In this document: piece by piece, positions 26,170-36,681 of the stretch | How the letters are laid out: each line of letters opens with the position of its first letter | Numbering within the stretch: the stretch's first letter is position 1 | From: a virus | Lineage: Duplodnaviria; Caudoviricetes | IMG/VR virus record: IMGVR_UViG_3300011335_000231 | Coordinates: 1-58,814 of that record | Reading direction: 5' to 3' (one strand) | Length of the DNA stretch: 58,814 nt | Made by a program: the position numbers and the translations under genes | Notes under the pieces: model-generated | Told to the model about the DNA's origin: nothing | The model's input: only the letters and a program-made list of their open reading frames with translations | Databases searched by the model: none

Positions 26170-26345
26170 GCAGGACTAGGTATCTAGTCTTGCTCCTATA
26201 GGCCGTAACAATGCTAGCTACCCTACCCTATAGAGTTATCTGTCACGCAAAACAATAAACTGTCAGAACAACCTGAAGTTTGTTGGCCTGTATAGACAAG
26301 TGGAGGCATCCCTGTTCTATACACACCCATCAAATACAGCCTCTG
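26170..26345 (+). ncRNA. Structured 5' leader of the capsid mRNA
   Basis: Three stem-loops with recurrent CC/xAC internal loops. Confidence 0.5.
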
Positions 26346-26402
26346 TAGTAATGTTGAGCGTATTTAATTATATGCCTAACACATATCTAGGAGGATATTA
26401 AT

Positions 26403-27473
26403 ATGGCCTTTCCAAAAGCCGTTGGCTATGGTAACCTGCCGAATGGAAACTTCAGCCCGGTTATCTATTCAAAGCAAGTACAACTTGCATTCCGTAAAGC
26501 GTCTACTGTTGAAGACATCACCAATAACGATTACTTTGGTGAAATCGCAAACATGGGCGACAGTGTCAAAATCATTAAAGAACCTGAAGTGTCTGTACAG
26601 AGCTATGCTCGTGGTACACAAATCACTGCTCAAGATCTGAATGATGAAGACTTCACATTGGTTGTTGACCAAGCTAACTACTACGCTTTCAAGATTGATG
26701 ACATCGAAGCAGCTCACTCACATGTGAACTTCATGCAGATGGCTTCTGATCGTGCAGCGTATCGTTTGCGTGATCAATATGACCAAGATGTGTTGGGTTA
26801 CTTGTCTGGTTTCTCACAAGCAGCTAAGCATACAAATGCAAGTACAGCTCGTACAACAGCTCCCGGCACAAAAGCATTGAGCGAAGCAGGTTCTGACGAA
26901 CTCTTGGCTTCAATGAAGTTGAAGAAGGGTAGCTTTGGTAACATCACTACAGGTTCTGCTGGTGATCACTCCATTCCTTTGGCTCCTCGCCTTCCCGGTG
27001 CAACAACTGTTCCTACCGATGTAGCTTCTCCTTTGATGGTGGTTGCTCGTATGGGTCGTTTGTTGGATCAACAGTTTGTTGATTCCGCTGGTCGCTGGTT
27101 GGTGGTTGATCCTGTGTTCATTGAACTGTTGAAGGATGAAGACAGCCGTTTGTTGAATGGTGACTTTGGTGGTTCTGGTTTGCAGAATGGCTTGGTCATT
27201 AACAACTTGCATGGCTTCCGCATCTATGTTTCTAACAACCTGCCAAAAATTGGTACTGGTCCCGGCACTACTGGTGCTGCTAACCAGAACACCAACTATG
27301 GTGTGATTGTTGGTGGTCATGACTCTGCTGTTGCAACTGCTCAGCAAATCACTAAGACCGAGACATATCGTGATCCAGACAGCTTCGCTGACATCGTGCG
27401 TGGTATGCATCTTTATGGTCGCAAAATCTTGCGTCCTGAAGGCATTGTCACTGCTAAATACAACGCTGCTTAA
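26403..27473 (+). CDS. Major capsid protein
   Basis: FSP.IYSK, GD.V.I, SFAD.VRG.HLYG.K.LRPE; GGAGG SD. Confidence 0.92.
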   Translation: MAFPKAVGYGNLPNGNFSPVIYSKQVQLAFRKASTVEDITNNDYFGEIANMGDSVKIIKEPEVSVQSYARGTQITAQDLNDEDFTLVVDQANYYAFKIDDIEAAHSHVNFMQMASDRAAYRLRDQYDQDVLGYLSGFSQAAKHTNASTARTTAPGTKALSEAGSDELLASMKLKKGSFGNITTGSAGDHSIPLAPRLPGATTVPTDVASPLMVVARMGRLLDQQFVDSAGRWLVVDPVFIELLKDEDSRLLNGDFGGSGLQNGLVINNLHGFRIYVSNNLPKIGTGPGTTGAANQNTNYGVIVGGHDSAVATAQQITKTETYRDPDSFADIVRGMHLYGRKILRPEGIVTAKYNAA

Positions 27474-27484
27474 GGAGAAACTAA

Positions 27485-27979
27485 ATGGCAACTATTACTA
27501 CTCTCTCAAACACTGTTGGTGCAGGTACACAACCTAGTCGTGCTCTTCGCAACATGCCTTATGTTGTAGAAAACACTATCAGCTTGGCTGCTGCTGTCAC
27601 AGCAAAAGGTTCTGCCTTGGCTGCTGCTGATGTGATTGAAGCTTTGCAGATTCCCGCACAATCTATTGTGTTGGCTGCTGGTTTTGAAATCACTGGTGCT
27701 GTTACAGGCAGCTGTACAGTGAGCTTGGGCGTTACTGGCGTAACAGCCGCTGCTTATGTGTCTGCCTTTGGTGTGACTAACGCTCTTTCTGTGGGTACTT
27801 ATGCTACTCCCGCAACTGCTGGTTATCCAATCGTGTCACAATCTGCTGATACTTTGGACTTGCTGTTGGTTACAGAAACCACTACACTGAGTGCTGGTTC
27901 AATTCGTGTTTTTGCTGTCATCGTAGATGCACAAGACCGTGTTGGCCCTGCCTCTGTAGACCGTGAGCAACTGGCTTAA
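27485..27979 (+). CDS. Putative capsid decoration/minor structural protein
   Basis: Follows capsid gene; AAGGAG SD; beta-rich. Confidence 0.7.
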   Translation: MATITTLSNTVGAGTQPSRALRNMPYVVENTISLAAAVTAKGSALAAADVIEALQIPAQSIVLAAGFEITGAVTGSCTVSLGVTGVTAAAYVSAFGVTNALSVGTYATPATAGYPIVSQSADTLDLLLVTETTTLSAGSIRVFAVIVDAQDRVGPASVDREQLA

Positions 27980-27994
27980 TAGCTAGTTAATACT

Positions 27995-28025
27995 GGGAGG
28001 GGCTTAACCGCCTCTCCCTTTTATT
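27995..28025 (+). terminator. Intrinsic terminator
   Basis: GGGAGGGGC-TTAACC-GCCTCTCCC-TTTTATT. Confidence 0.8.
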
Positions 28026-28036
28026 GTTTAAAAATT

Positions 28037-28747
28037 ATGTCTACATACATTTCTTTAACGAATGAATTGCTACGAAGAATGGGTGAGGTTGTCTTAGACT
28101 CCACCGAATTCGATGGAGCTAGAAACATCCAGTCTCTAGCTAAGAATGCTATCAATTCATCTGTTAGAGAGTTGATGCACTCTGCACAAGAGTGGCCTTT
28201 TGCTCTTGTTACTCACACACAAACACTGACAGTGGGTACAGGAACATATTCCTTTCCTTCTGCTTTGTCCAGTGTTGATTGGGAAAGCTTCTATCTTAAG
28301 AAGCTAACAGCAGCGGATAATGATCCTCTTCGTCTTTCTGTTCTCACTTACACAGACTACTTAGATAACTACCGTCCCGGTGAAGACATGAATGGTACTG
28401 GTGGGTATGGACCAGCCATTGCTGTTTATCAAACACAAGAGTCTAAGTTTGGTTTAACTCCACTGCCTGATCAGGCTTATGAGGTGGAGTATAAGTATTG
28501 GTCTTTTCCTGCTGATCTGTCTCTCTCTACAGATGTCTGTATTATTCCTGATAGATTTACCAGCGTATTAATTGATGGTGCTATGTTCTATATGCTTATG
28601 TTCAGATCTAATGAACAAGGTGCAACTTTATATAAAGAGAAGTTTGATACAGGTATCAGGACAATGCGTAGGCTTTTGTTAGATGAGCCTTTGTATATGC
28701 GATCAACAATGATTGTTAAGCCTTCCTTTAATCCTAGAGTGTTTTAA
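28037..28747 (+). CDS. Tail adaptor / tail tubular protein A-like
   Basis: LTNELL..GE, WPF, P.PD..Y; synteny. Confidence 0.75.
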   Translation: MSTYISLTNELLRRMGEVVLDSTEFDGARNIQSLAKNAINSSVRELMHSAQEWPFALVTHTQTLTVGTGTYSFPSALSSVDWESFYLKKLTAADNDPLRLSVLTYTDYLDNYRPGEDMNGTGGYGPAIAVYQTQESKFGLTPLPDQAYEVEYKYWSFPADLSLSTDVCIIPDRFTSVLIDGAMFYMLMFRSNEQGATLYKEKFDTGIRTMRRLLLDEPLYMRSTMIVKPSFNPRVF

Positions 28748-30303
28748 TGGCAGACAGAATTAGTGGCTTTAAGGTTACTTGTATTGGTGGTATGAACACC
28801 AATAGGGATGTACTATCTCAAGGTGAGATATATCCCGGTTCAGGTACACAGCTTATTAATTATGAGCCAGCTATTACTGGTGGTTATAGACGGATTAGTG
28901 GATATGCTAATAGTTATGGAACTGTAACTGGCACAGGTAGTGTACTTGGTGTTATGGTTTCAGAGAGTTTAAATGACGGAATATTTGCTTGTCGCAAACC
29001 TTCTACTGGTACAAATTACTTTTATAAGTGGGTAGCTTCTTCATCCACTTGGTCAGCCATCTCAACTCCCGGAACTGTTACAATGGTGGGAGTTAAGAAG
29101 GTTAGATTTACTAGATATAATTGGAGTGCTCCTAAGTTTGCATTAACTGATGGTATCAATCCGGCTGCTGTGTATGATGGAACTACATATACACAAATTA
29201 CGGATGCCAATGCTCCTAATAGTCCTAAGTATTCTGCTGCGTTTAAGAACCATTTGTTTTTAGCTGGCGATCCTACAGATCCTTATAACTTATATATTTC
29301 TTCTCCGCTAAGTGAGACAAACTTTAATCCAGCTAATGGTGCTGCTGTTATTAATGTAGGCTTTGAGATTGTTCAGATTAAACAGTTTAGAGATACACTG
29401 TACATCTTTGGTAAGAATGCCATTAAGAGTTTGACAGGTACTAACATTGCTGACTTTGTAGTTGGTGAAGTAACCACAAATTTAGGTTGTGTTGTTCCAG
29501 ATAGTGTGATAGAACTGGGTGGAAATCTAGTATTTCTTGGTCCTGATGGTTTTAGACCAGTAGCTGGCACAAGTAAGATTGGTGATGTGGAATTGGAAAC
29601 AATTTCAAAACAAATTCAATTCACCATTACATCAATCTTACAAGAACTTGTAGCTGGTTCTATTGATCCAGAAACATTAAGTTCTGTAGTAATTCGTAAG
29701 AAGTCACAGTTTAGATTGTTTTTACCAGCAGAAGGAACCTTTGGTTTGTTAGGTGGTCTTAGGGCCAGCGAAGGTGGTGTGTCTTTTGAGTATAGTCAGC
29801 TTTTTGGATTTACAATAACATGTGCTGCTAGTGGATACATTGGGCTTGATGAAGTTATTATTCATGGGGATGCTTCTGGTAAAGTGTATAAACAAGAGAC
29901 AGGAAGTTCTTTTAATAATATAGAAATATTGAGTGTTTACCAAACACCTTTCTATTATTTTCAAGATCCGTCAATCCGTAAAAACTTCTATAACATTTCT
30001 ACATTCTTGCGTAGTGAGGGATCGACTAATATTGTGATGGGCGTGGCGTATGACTTTGATGACTCTGTTAGTGTCTTCAATCCAGCTAACTATAATATTT
30101 TAACCACTGGTGCTGCTGCTTATTATAATGAAGCTATTTATGATGCTTCAGCAATTTACGATGGTAATCCATCACCAGTGGAAAAGACAAACATTGAAGG
30201 TTCTGGATTCTCCATTGCTTTCAAATATGTGACTAATGATACGAATGCTAGTCATACAATTCAGGGCTTGGTCTTGAATTATTCAATGAATGACAGACGC
30301 TAA
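28747..30303 (+). CDS. Tail nozzle / tail tubular protein B-like (beta-propeller)
   Basis: GGM N-terminus, GGY.R..G, aromatic beta repeats; synteny. Confidence 0.75.
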   Translation: MADRISGFKVTCIGGMNTNRDVLSQGEIYPGSGTQLINYEPAITGGYRRISGYANSYGTVTGTGSVLGVMVSESLNDGIFACRKPSTGTNYFYKWVASSSTWSAISTPGTVTMVGVKKVRFTRYNWSAPKFALTDGINPAAVYDGTTYTQITDANAPNSPKYSAAFKNHLFLAGDPTDPYNLYISSPLSETNFNPANGAAVINVGFEIVQIKQFRDTLYIFGKNAIKSLTGTNIADFVVGEVTTNLGCVVPDSVIELGGNLVFLGPDGFRPVAGTSKIGDVELETISKQIQFTITSILQELVAGSIDPETLSSVVIRKKSQFRLFLPAEGTFGLLGGLRASEGGVSFEYSQLFGFTITCAASGYIGLDEVIIHGDASGKVYKQETGSSFNNIEILSVYQTPFYYFQDPSIRKNFYNISTFLRSEGSTNIVMGVAYDFDDSVSVFNPANYNILTTGAAAYYNEAIYDASAIYDGNPSPVEKTNIEGSGFSIAFKYVTNDTNASHTIQGLVLNYSMNDRR

Positions 30304-30314
30304 GGAGAACTACC

Positions 30315-32105
30315 TTGACAGGTTATGTAAGACAATCTGCTGCTGATATTGTACCAACAGGTGTAGTTCGTGCGGCTCCTATTAACAATGAGTATAATGC
30401 TCTGCGTGATGCTTTTGCTGCTAATGGTGGACATAGGCATGATGGCACTGCTGCTGAGGGACATCCTGTTCCTGTCATTGGTGACACTGATTTATTAAAT
30501 AAGATTGCCACTGATACAAATAACAACCGTCATGGGGTGTTTGTTGAGGTGGCTGCTGCTGCTGTTGAGCAGGTGCGCTTTCAAGATGGAGCTATCGTTC
30601 CAGTAACAGACAATGACATTGACTTAGGTACAAGTGTTCTTGAGTTTAAGAATCTATTTATTACAGGAACAGCAAACATTGATAGCTTAGTAGCTGACAC
30701 TGCTGATATCAATGGAGGCACTGTTGATGCTGCTGTTATTGGTGCAAGCACTGCTGCTGCTGGCACATTCACTTCTCTCACTGCTAATACTTCTTTAGTT
30801 GCAGCAACTGCTGACATCAATGCAGGTACTATTGATGGTGCTGTTATTGGTGGTAGTTCTGCACAGGCCATTACAGGCACTACAGTGACAGCCACTGTGG
30901 GATTTGTGGGTGGCCTTACTGGTGCTGTCACTGGTAATACAGAGGGTACACATACAGGTGCTGTTGTTGGTAATGTCACTGGTAACTTAACTGGTAATGT
31001 CACAGCTTCTACAGGTACATCTTCTTTCAATGATGTCACTATTAATGGTGGGTTGAATATGAATGCTGGCACTGCTGCCACCATCACCAACTTAACCTCT
31101 CCCACAAATGCTAATGATGCAGCTACTAAAAGTTATGTTGATACATCTATTAGCAACTTGGTTGCTTCTGCTCCATCTACACTTGATACATTAAATGAGA
31201 TTGCAGCAGCTTTAGGTAATGATGCTAGTTTATCTACCACTCTTACAAATTCCATTGCAACTAAACTAGCACTTGCTGGTGGCACTATGAGTGGTGCTAT
31301 TGCGATGGGTACAAACAAGATTACAGGTCTTGGCAATCCTACAGCAAATCAAGACGCTGCTACTAAAACATATGTAGACACTGCTGATGCATTGAAGCTG
31401 TCGTTAACTGGTGGCACAATGTCTGGAGCCATTGCGATGGGTACTTCCAAGATTACAGGCTTGGGAGATCCTACAGCAAATCAAGATGCAGTTACTAAAA
31501 ACTACATTGATGTCTTGTTTGGTAGTACCTCTTCTGCTGCTACCTCTGCTGCGGCTGCAGCCACTTCTGCTTCTAATGCAGCCACCAGTGAAAGTAATGC
31601 ATCTACATCAGCATCTAGTGCTTCTGCTTCTGCCACTGCTGCTGCTTCAAGTTATGATTCTTTTGATGATCGTTACTTAGGTTCTAAGAGTTCTGCTCCT
31701 ACGTTAGACAATGATGGTAATGCTTTACTAACAGGTGCTTTATATTGGAACTCTACTTCAAATAATTTATTTGTTTGGTCAGGCTCAGCTTGGACAAGTG
31801 CTGCTTTTTCAATTAGTGGTATTGCCACTTTAACGGGTGTTGAAACACTTACTAATAAAACACTCACTTCTCCTACTTTAACTGCCCCTGTTTTAGGTAC
31901 ACCTGTATCAGGCAATTTTAGTACAGGAACATTTACTTGGCCTACATTTAATCAAAACACAACTGGTACAGCTTCTAATGTAACGGGTACAGTTGCTATT
32001 GCAAATGGTGGTACAGGCGCAACTACAGCAGGTGCAGCATTAACTGCACTTGGTGGCGCAACAACAGGTAAGGCTATTGCTATGGCAATGGTCTTTGGTG
32101 GTTAA
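30315..32105 (+). CDS. Tail fiber protein
   Basis: TTG start after AAGGAG; GH.HDG, LDTLNEIAAALGND, GGTMSGAIAMG..KITGLG.PT..QDA repeats. Confidence 0.85.
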   Translation: MTGYVRQSAADIVPTGVVRAAPINNEYNALRDAFAANGGHRHDGTAAEGHPVPVIGDTDLLNKIATDTNNNRHGVFVEVAAAAVEQVRFQDGAIVPVTDNDIDLGTSVLEFKNLFITGTANIDSLVADTADINGGTVDAAVIGASTAAAGTFTSLTANTSLVAATADINAGTIDGAVIGGSSAQAITGTTVTATVGFVGGLTGAVTGNTEGTHTGAVVGNVTGNLTGNVTASTGTSSFNDVTINGGLNMNAGTAATITNLTSPTNANDAATKSYVDTSISNLVASAPSTLDTLNEIAAALGNDASLSTTLTNSIATKLALAGGTMSGAIAMGTNKITGLGNPTANQDAATKTYVDTADALKLSLTGGTMSGAIAMGTSKITGLGDPTANQDAVTKNYIDVLFGSTSSAATSAAAAATSASNAATSESNASTSASSASASATAAASSYDSFDDRYLGSKSSAPTLDNDGNALLTGALYWNSTSNNLFVWSGSAWTSAAFSISGIATLTGVETLTNKTLTSPTLTAPVLGTPVSGNFSTGTFTWPTFNQNTTGTASNVTGTVAIANGGTGATTAGAALTALGGATTGKAIAMAMVFGG

Positions 32106-32120
32106 TTAAAGGATATTATT

Positions 32121-32495
32121 ATGGCTGCACCCAATATAGTTGCTGTTGCAACAATCACAGCAAAGACTGCTTATTTAACACCAGCAAACACCACAGTAAA
32201 TGTACTGCTTGCAAACGCTGCCTCATCTGGTAAAGTGTTTAAAGTTAATATGGTCATTGCTGCCAATGTGGATGGAACAAATGCCTATGACACCACTGTG
32301 GCGGTAAATACTGCTGCTGCTGGCTCTGGCACTTCATACCCATTGGCATCGACTGTCTCAGTTCCTCCAGATGCGTCTTTGATTGTCTCTGACAAGTCAA
32401 CTGCGTTCTATCTGGAAGAAGACAAGTCTGTTGTTGTTACAAGTAGCACAGCGTCAAAAATAGCTTACACGATTTCATACGAAGAACTCTCATAA
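32121..32495 (+). CDS. Tail-associated small protein
   Basis: ANVDG..VP.DASL..YLEE; follows the fiber gene. Confidence 0.75.
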   Translation: MAAPNIVAVATITAKTAYLTPANTTVNVLLANAASSGKVFKVNMVIAANVDGTNAYDTTVAVNTAAAGSGTSYPLASTVSVPPDASLIVSDKSTAFYLEEDKSVVVTSSTASKIAYTISYEELS

Positions 32496-32505
32496 GGACT
32501 TAATC

Positions 32506-33435
32506 ATGTCCAAAAGAGTAGGTGGAATTCTAAGTGCTGGGCGTAACGGCATTAACTACCCTGTCACATCGGTGGAATACCTTGTTGTGGCTGGCGGGGG
32601 TGGTGGTGGGTATTGTAGTGGTGGTGGTGGTGGTGCTGGAGGTGGTGGTGCGGGTGGCTTGTTAACCGCTACTGCATACGCTGTCACTGTTGGTTCTTCA
32701 ATCACAATTACTGTTGGTGCTGGAGGTTCTGGTGGAACTTCAGGTGCTGGTTCTCAAGGTGCTACATCAAGTATCGTAGGTGGTACAACAATTAGTGCAA
32801 CTGGTGGTGGTGCTGGCTCTGGTATTTCTTCTGGTGCTGGTGGAACTGGTGGTTCTGGTGGTGGTGGTAATGGTAATGGTTCAACTGCTGGTGGAAGCGC
32901 AACATCAGGTCAAGGCTATGCTGGAGGTGCTTCCAATAGTCCTACTGCCAACGGAGGTGGAGGTGGAGGCGGCTCTGGTTCAATCGGCATAAATGCTGGC
33001 CCTGCGGCTTCAAGTTCAAGTTCAAGTTTTGGCGGTAGTGGTGGCACAGGCACTAATTCTTCTATTTCAGGTTCAGCAATTCAATACGCTGGCGGTGGCG
33101 GTGGTGGAATGTATTTTGGAAGTAACTCTGTTGCATTTAATTCTGGATTAGGTATTGCTGGTGGTGGTAATGGTGGGTTATTTATTAACGCATCTGGTTC
33201 AGGAACAAATGCAACTTCTGCTATTGCTAACACTGGTTCTGGCGGTGGTGGGGGTGGAGGTGCAAATGCTGGAAGTTTTGCACAAATAGGTGGCGCAGGC
33301 GGCTCTGGAATCGTAATCCTACGCTACCCATCTTACTTAGCCCCTGCCACATCAACAACAGGCTCACCAGAAACTTATGTCACAGGCTTTTGGCGTGTGT
33401 ACAGATTCGTAGCCTCTGGCACGATTACTTTCTAA
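32506..33435 (+). CDS. Glycine-rich tail protein, paralog 1
   Basis: VEYLVVAGGG...GGSGIVILRYP...SGTITF. Confidence 0.85.
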   Translation: MSKRVGGILSAGRNGINYPVTSVEYLVVAGGGGGGYCSGGGGGAGGGGAGGLLTATAYAVTVGSSITITVGAGGSGGTSGAGSQGATSSIVGGTTISATGGGAGSGISSGAGGTGGSGGGGNGNGSTAGGSATSGQGYAGGASNSPTANGGGGGGGSGSIGINAGPAASSSSSSFGGSGGTGTNSSISGSAIQYAGGGGGGMYFGSNSVAFNSGLGIAGGGNGGLFINASGSGTNATSAIANTGSGGGGGGGANAGSFAQIGGAGGSGIVILRYPSYLAPATSTTGSPETYVTGFWRVYRFVASGTITF

Positions 33436-33443
33436 GGGTAAAT

Positions 33444-34343
33444 ATGGCTACAGGACTTTTTACACTTAGACAACAAAACCAAGCATTAAGACAAGGTGCT
33501 TGGAGTGGTACGCAAAAGACTGCTTGGGTTGAATATCTAGTTGTCGCTGGTGGTGGTGCGGGTGCTATCAATAGGGGTGCTGGTGGTGGTGGCGGTGGCG
33601 GTTTATTAACTGGCATATTAAATGTTGCTACTGGTGTTTCTATCACGGCTACTGTTGGTGCTGGAGGAACTGGAGGCACAGGTGCTGTAACTAGCGGTGC
33701 AAATTCAGTATTTGGCTCTATTACATCTACTGGAGGTGGTGCTGGCGGTTCAAGTAACCAAGCATCTTTTAACGGCTCGTCTGGTGGCTCTGGTGGTGGC
33801 GGTGCGGGTAGTGCTGGCTCTAGTGGTTCTGGAGGACAAGCAACTTCAAATCAAGGCAATACTGGTGGCACTTCATCAGGTGGTGCTACTACTTCAAACA
33901 GTGAAGGTGGTGCAGGTGGTGGCGGTGCTGGAACAGTTGGTTTAAACGCAACTGTTGCAACATTTGCCGCAAATGGTGGTGCAGGTATAGCATCATCAAT
34001 CAATGGAACAGTTACTACATACGCTGGAGGAGGTGGTGGTGCGGCTAATGGCACAAGTGGTTCAACCGCAGGTGCTGGTGGCGTAGGCGGTGGCGGTGCT
34101 GGTAGGGCAATTTCACAAGGTAATGGTAACGCTACATCTGGAACTGCCAATACAGGTGGCGGTGGTGGTGGTCATCCAAATCAAACCATAACAGGTTCAT
34201 CAGGCTCTGGCGGCTCTGGCATTGTCATCATCCGCTACCCAAGCACATTTGCTGATGCGGCAAGCGTGACAAACGGCACAAAGACAACTGCTAACGGCTA
34301 CACGATTTACACATTCACTTCTAGCGGGTCAATCACAATATGA
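33444..34343 (+). CDS. Glycine-rich tail protein, paralog 2
   Basis: Same terminal motifs; start MATGL. Confidence 0.85.
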   Translation: MATGLFTLRQQNQALRQGAWSGTQKTAWVEYLVVAGGGAGAINRGAGGGGGGGLLTGILNVATGVSITATVGAGGTGGTGAVTSGANSVFGSITSTGGGAGGSSNQASFNGSSGGSGGGGAGSAGSSGSGGQATSNQGNTGGTSSGGATTSNSEGGAGGGGAGTVGLNATVATFAANGGAGIASSINGTVTTYAGGGGGAANGTSGSTAGAGGVGGGGAGRAISQGNGNATSGTANTGGGGGGHPNQTITGSSGSGGSGIVIIRYPSTFADAASVTNGTKTTANGYTIYTFTSSGSITI

Positions 34344-35197
34344 GCAACCTATTAGGCGGCTATTTATCCGCAACCTTTAACCCTTTGAGTGGCGCACCTA
34401 CTGCTGTTGAATACCTTGTGGTTGCTGGTGGTGGTGGGGGTGGATATCTTGGAGGTGGCGGAGGGGCTGGTGGTCTTTTGACTGCCGCTGGATTTGCTGT
34501 TGCCTCTGGTTCTGCTTTGACTATTACAGTAGGCGCTGGCGGTGCTGGGGCAACTACATCAAATGGTGCGTCAGGCGTTAATGGTAGTAATTCTGTATTT
34601 TCATCTATCACTTCAACTGGCGGTGGTGGTGGTGGTACAAATGATAATCCTCCAAATGGTACTGGTCAAAATGGTGGCTCTGGCGGTGGTGGCGCTTCAT
34701 CTGGTTCTGTAAGAGCGGGTGGAACTGGAGTTTCTGGGCAAGGTTTTGCTGGAGGTTCTAGCGGTGGTGCGGCTTCAAACTATGGCTCTGGTGGCGGGGG
34801 TGGTGCTGGTTCTATAGGTGTAAATGGAACAGGTAGTACAGCAGGCGGTGGTGGTGCGGGTCTTTGCTCAACTATTACTGGTTCTAGAGTTTTTTATGCT
34901 GGCGGCGGTGGCGGTGGTTTGCAAGGTTCGGGTGGTGTTGCAGGACTCGGTGTTGCTGGCGGTGGTGATGGTGGTTTGACTAACCAAGCAGGAACAAATG
35001 CAGTTGCCAATACTGGTGGCGGAGGTGGAGGCGGTGGAAATAGTGGCTCTGGTGGCGCAGGTGGCTCTGGCATCGTAATCATTCGTTACCCTGCAACACA
35101 ATCAGCACCAACTGCAACAACTGGCTCACCACAAATTTCATACGCTGATGGCTACCAGATTTACACTTGGACAAGTTCTGGGACTGTGACATTCTGA
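34340..35197 (+). CDS. Glycine-rich tail protein, paralog 3
   Basis: Same terminal motifs. Confidence 0.85.
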   Translation: MSNLLGGYLSATFNPLSGAPTAVEYLVVAGGGGGGYLGGGGGAGGLLTAAGFAVASGSALTITVGAGGAGATTSNGASGVNGSNSVFSSITSTGGGGGGTNDNPPNGTGQNGGSGGGGASSGSVRAGGTGVSGQGFAGGSSGGAASNYGSGGGGGAGSIGVNGTGSTAGGGGAGLCSTITGSRVFYAGGGGGGLQGSGGVAGLGVAGGGDGGLTNQAGTNAVANTGGGGGGGGNSGSGGAGGSGIVIIRYPATQSAPTATTGSPQISYADGYQIYTWTSSGTVTF

Positions 35198-35859
35198 TGA
35201 ACACTAAAACTTGTACAAAATGCCAAACTGAGAAATCAGTTGACTTGTTTCATTTGTGCAGAAACAAACCTATAGCCGTTTGCAAAGAATGCAAGAAGGC
35301 TTATGGTCGCCAGTATTATATTGACAACAAAGAAACAGTTAAAGTTAAACGGGCGGCTTATCAAAAAGCACATCGACCTGAACAATACGAACACTTAAAA
35401 AAGTGGCGCAAGAATAACCCTGAAAAATCCCGTGAAGCAGGTAGACGGCAATATGCGGAAAACATTGAACATCATAGAGCAGTTAAAAATGCTTGGAAGT
35501 TGCAAAACCCTGAAGCAATTAAAAGTGCTTTAGAACGCTACAGGTTACAACATTTGCCAAAGATGGCTGAAAAGTCACACAAACGCAGAGCAAAGTTGCG
35601 TGGCAATGGCGTGTTTCAAGTTACCGAAAAAGAGTTAATTCGTTTATACGCATCGCCATGCGCCCATTGTGGCACTATGGAAAATGTAACAATTGACCAT
35701 ATCATTCCTGTTGCTCGTGGCGGTAGACATAGCATTGGGAATCTGCAACCATTATGTTTAAGTTGCAACTCTAGCAAAAATGCCAAAACAATGGCTGAAT
35801 GGAAATATTTTTTGAACACTGAAAGGACTCAAAATGGCGCACTACGCTCATGTAACTAA
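35197..35859 (+). CDS. HNH homing endonuclease
   Basis: CAHC..DHIIP..GG.H..NL..LC..CN..K. Confidence 0.9.
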   Translation: MNTKTCTKCQTEKSVDLFHLCRNKPIAVCKECKKAYGRQYYIDNKETVKVKRAAYQKAHRPEQYEHLKKWRKNNPEKSREAGRRQYAENIEHHRAVKNAWKLQNPEAIKSALERYRLQHLPKMAEKSHKRRAKLRGNGVFQVTEKELIRLYASPCAHCGTMENVTIDHIIPVARGGRHSIGNLQPLCLSCNSSKNAKTMAEWKYFLNTERTQNGALRSCN

Positions 35860-36178
35860 TGGCATCGTAGATCAGGTAATTGTGATTGATGCCGAGACTC
35901 TGGCTTTGGGACACTGGGGTGATCCAAGTGAATGGGTGAAAACCTCGTATAACACGCATGGGAATCAGCACCCAGAGGGCAGACCTCTCCATAAAAATTA
36001 CGCTGGGATTTCATACACATGGGATGGCACAGGATTTGCCCCGCCACAACCATTTGCATCATGGACTAAGAATTCTGAGACATACCTGTGGGAAGCCCCA
36101 ACACCTATGCCTACTGATGGCAAGTTTTATCGTTGGGAAGAATCTACATTGTCATGGGTTGAAGTAACGAGTGCCTAA
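35834..36178 (+). CDS. Small tail-associated protein
   Basis: MAH.A..W..TSYN..KNYAG..F..PQP..SW..W.AP.P.P. Confidence 0.8.
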   Translation: MAHYAHVTNGIVDQVIVIDAETLALGHWGDPSEWVKTSYNTHGNQHPEGRPLHKNYAGISYTWDGTGFAPPQPFASWTKNSETYLWEAPTPMPTDGKFYRWEESTLSWVEVTSA

Positions 36179-36179
36179 T

Positions 36180-36671
36180 ATGTTTGAACTTACGCAGTCT
36201 TTGTTAAAGGAAATGTTTTCCTACCATGCTGACGGATATTTAATTCGTCATAGCAATGGCAAAGCTGTGGAGTCCAAACTTCACAAAAACCATCGGTATG
36301 CCCGTGTGGTTATTAACAACAAACCTTACGCAATGCACAGGGTTATTTTTCTATATCATCATGGATATTTGCCAAAAGTAACAGACCATATTGACAATGA
36401 CAGGCTAAACAACCGCATTGAAAATTTGCGTTCAGTTACACACCAGCAAAATTCTTTGAATAGAAAACGTGACTTTAATAGTGCATCACCTTATAAAGGT
36501 GTTAAACCAGCCAGCAGACCAAGAAAAGATGGTTTTGTGCCTTGGGAAGTAAGCGTGTCAATAAACAGAAGGCTAGTGCATCTTGGTACATTTGATGACA
36601 TTGAAGTTGCCAATCAAGTAGCAATTGCGGCTAGAGAAAAACACCACGGGCAGTTTGCCCGTCACACATAA
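36180..36671 (+). CDS. HNH endonuclease with AP2-like C-terminus
   Basis: HR..F..DHID..RLNNRIENLR; YKGV..HLG.F..A..A....HG.FA. Confidence 0.9.
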   Translation: MFELTQSLLKEMFSYHADGYLIRHSNGKAVESKLHKNHRYARVVINNKPYAMHRVIFLYHHGYLPKVTDHIDNDRLNNRIENLRSVTHQQNSLNRKRDFNSASPYKGVKPASRPRKDGFVPWEVSVSINRRLVHLGTFDDIEVANQVAIAAREKHHGQFARHT

Positions 36672-36681
36672 GGAGCGCAAA

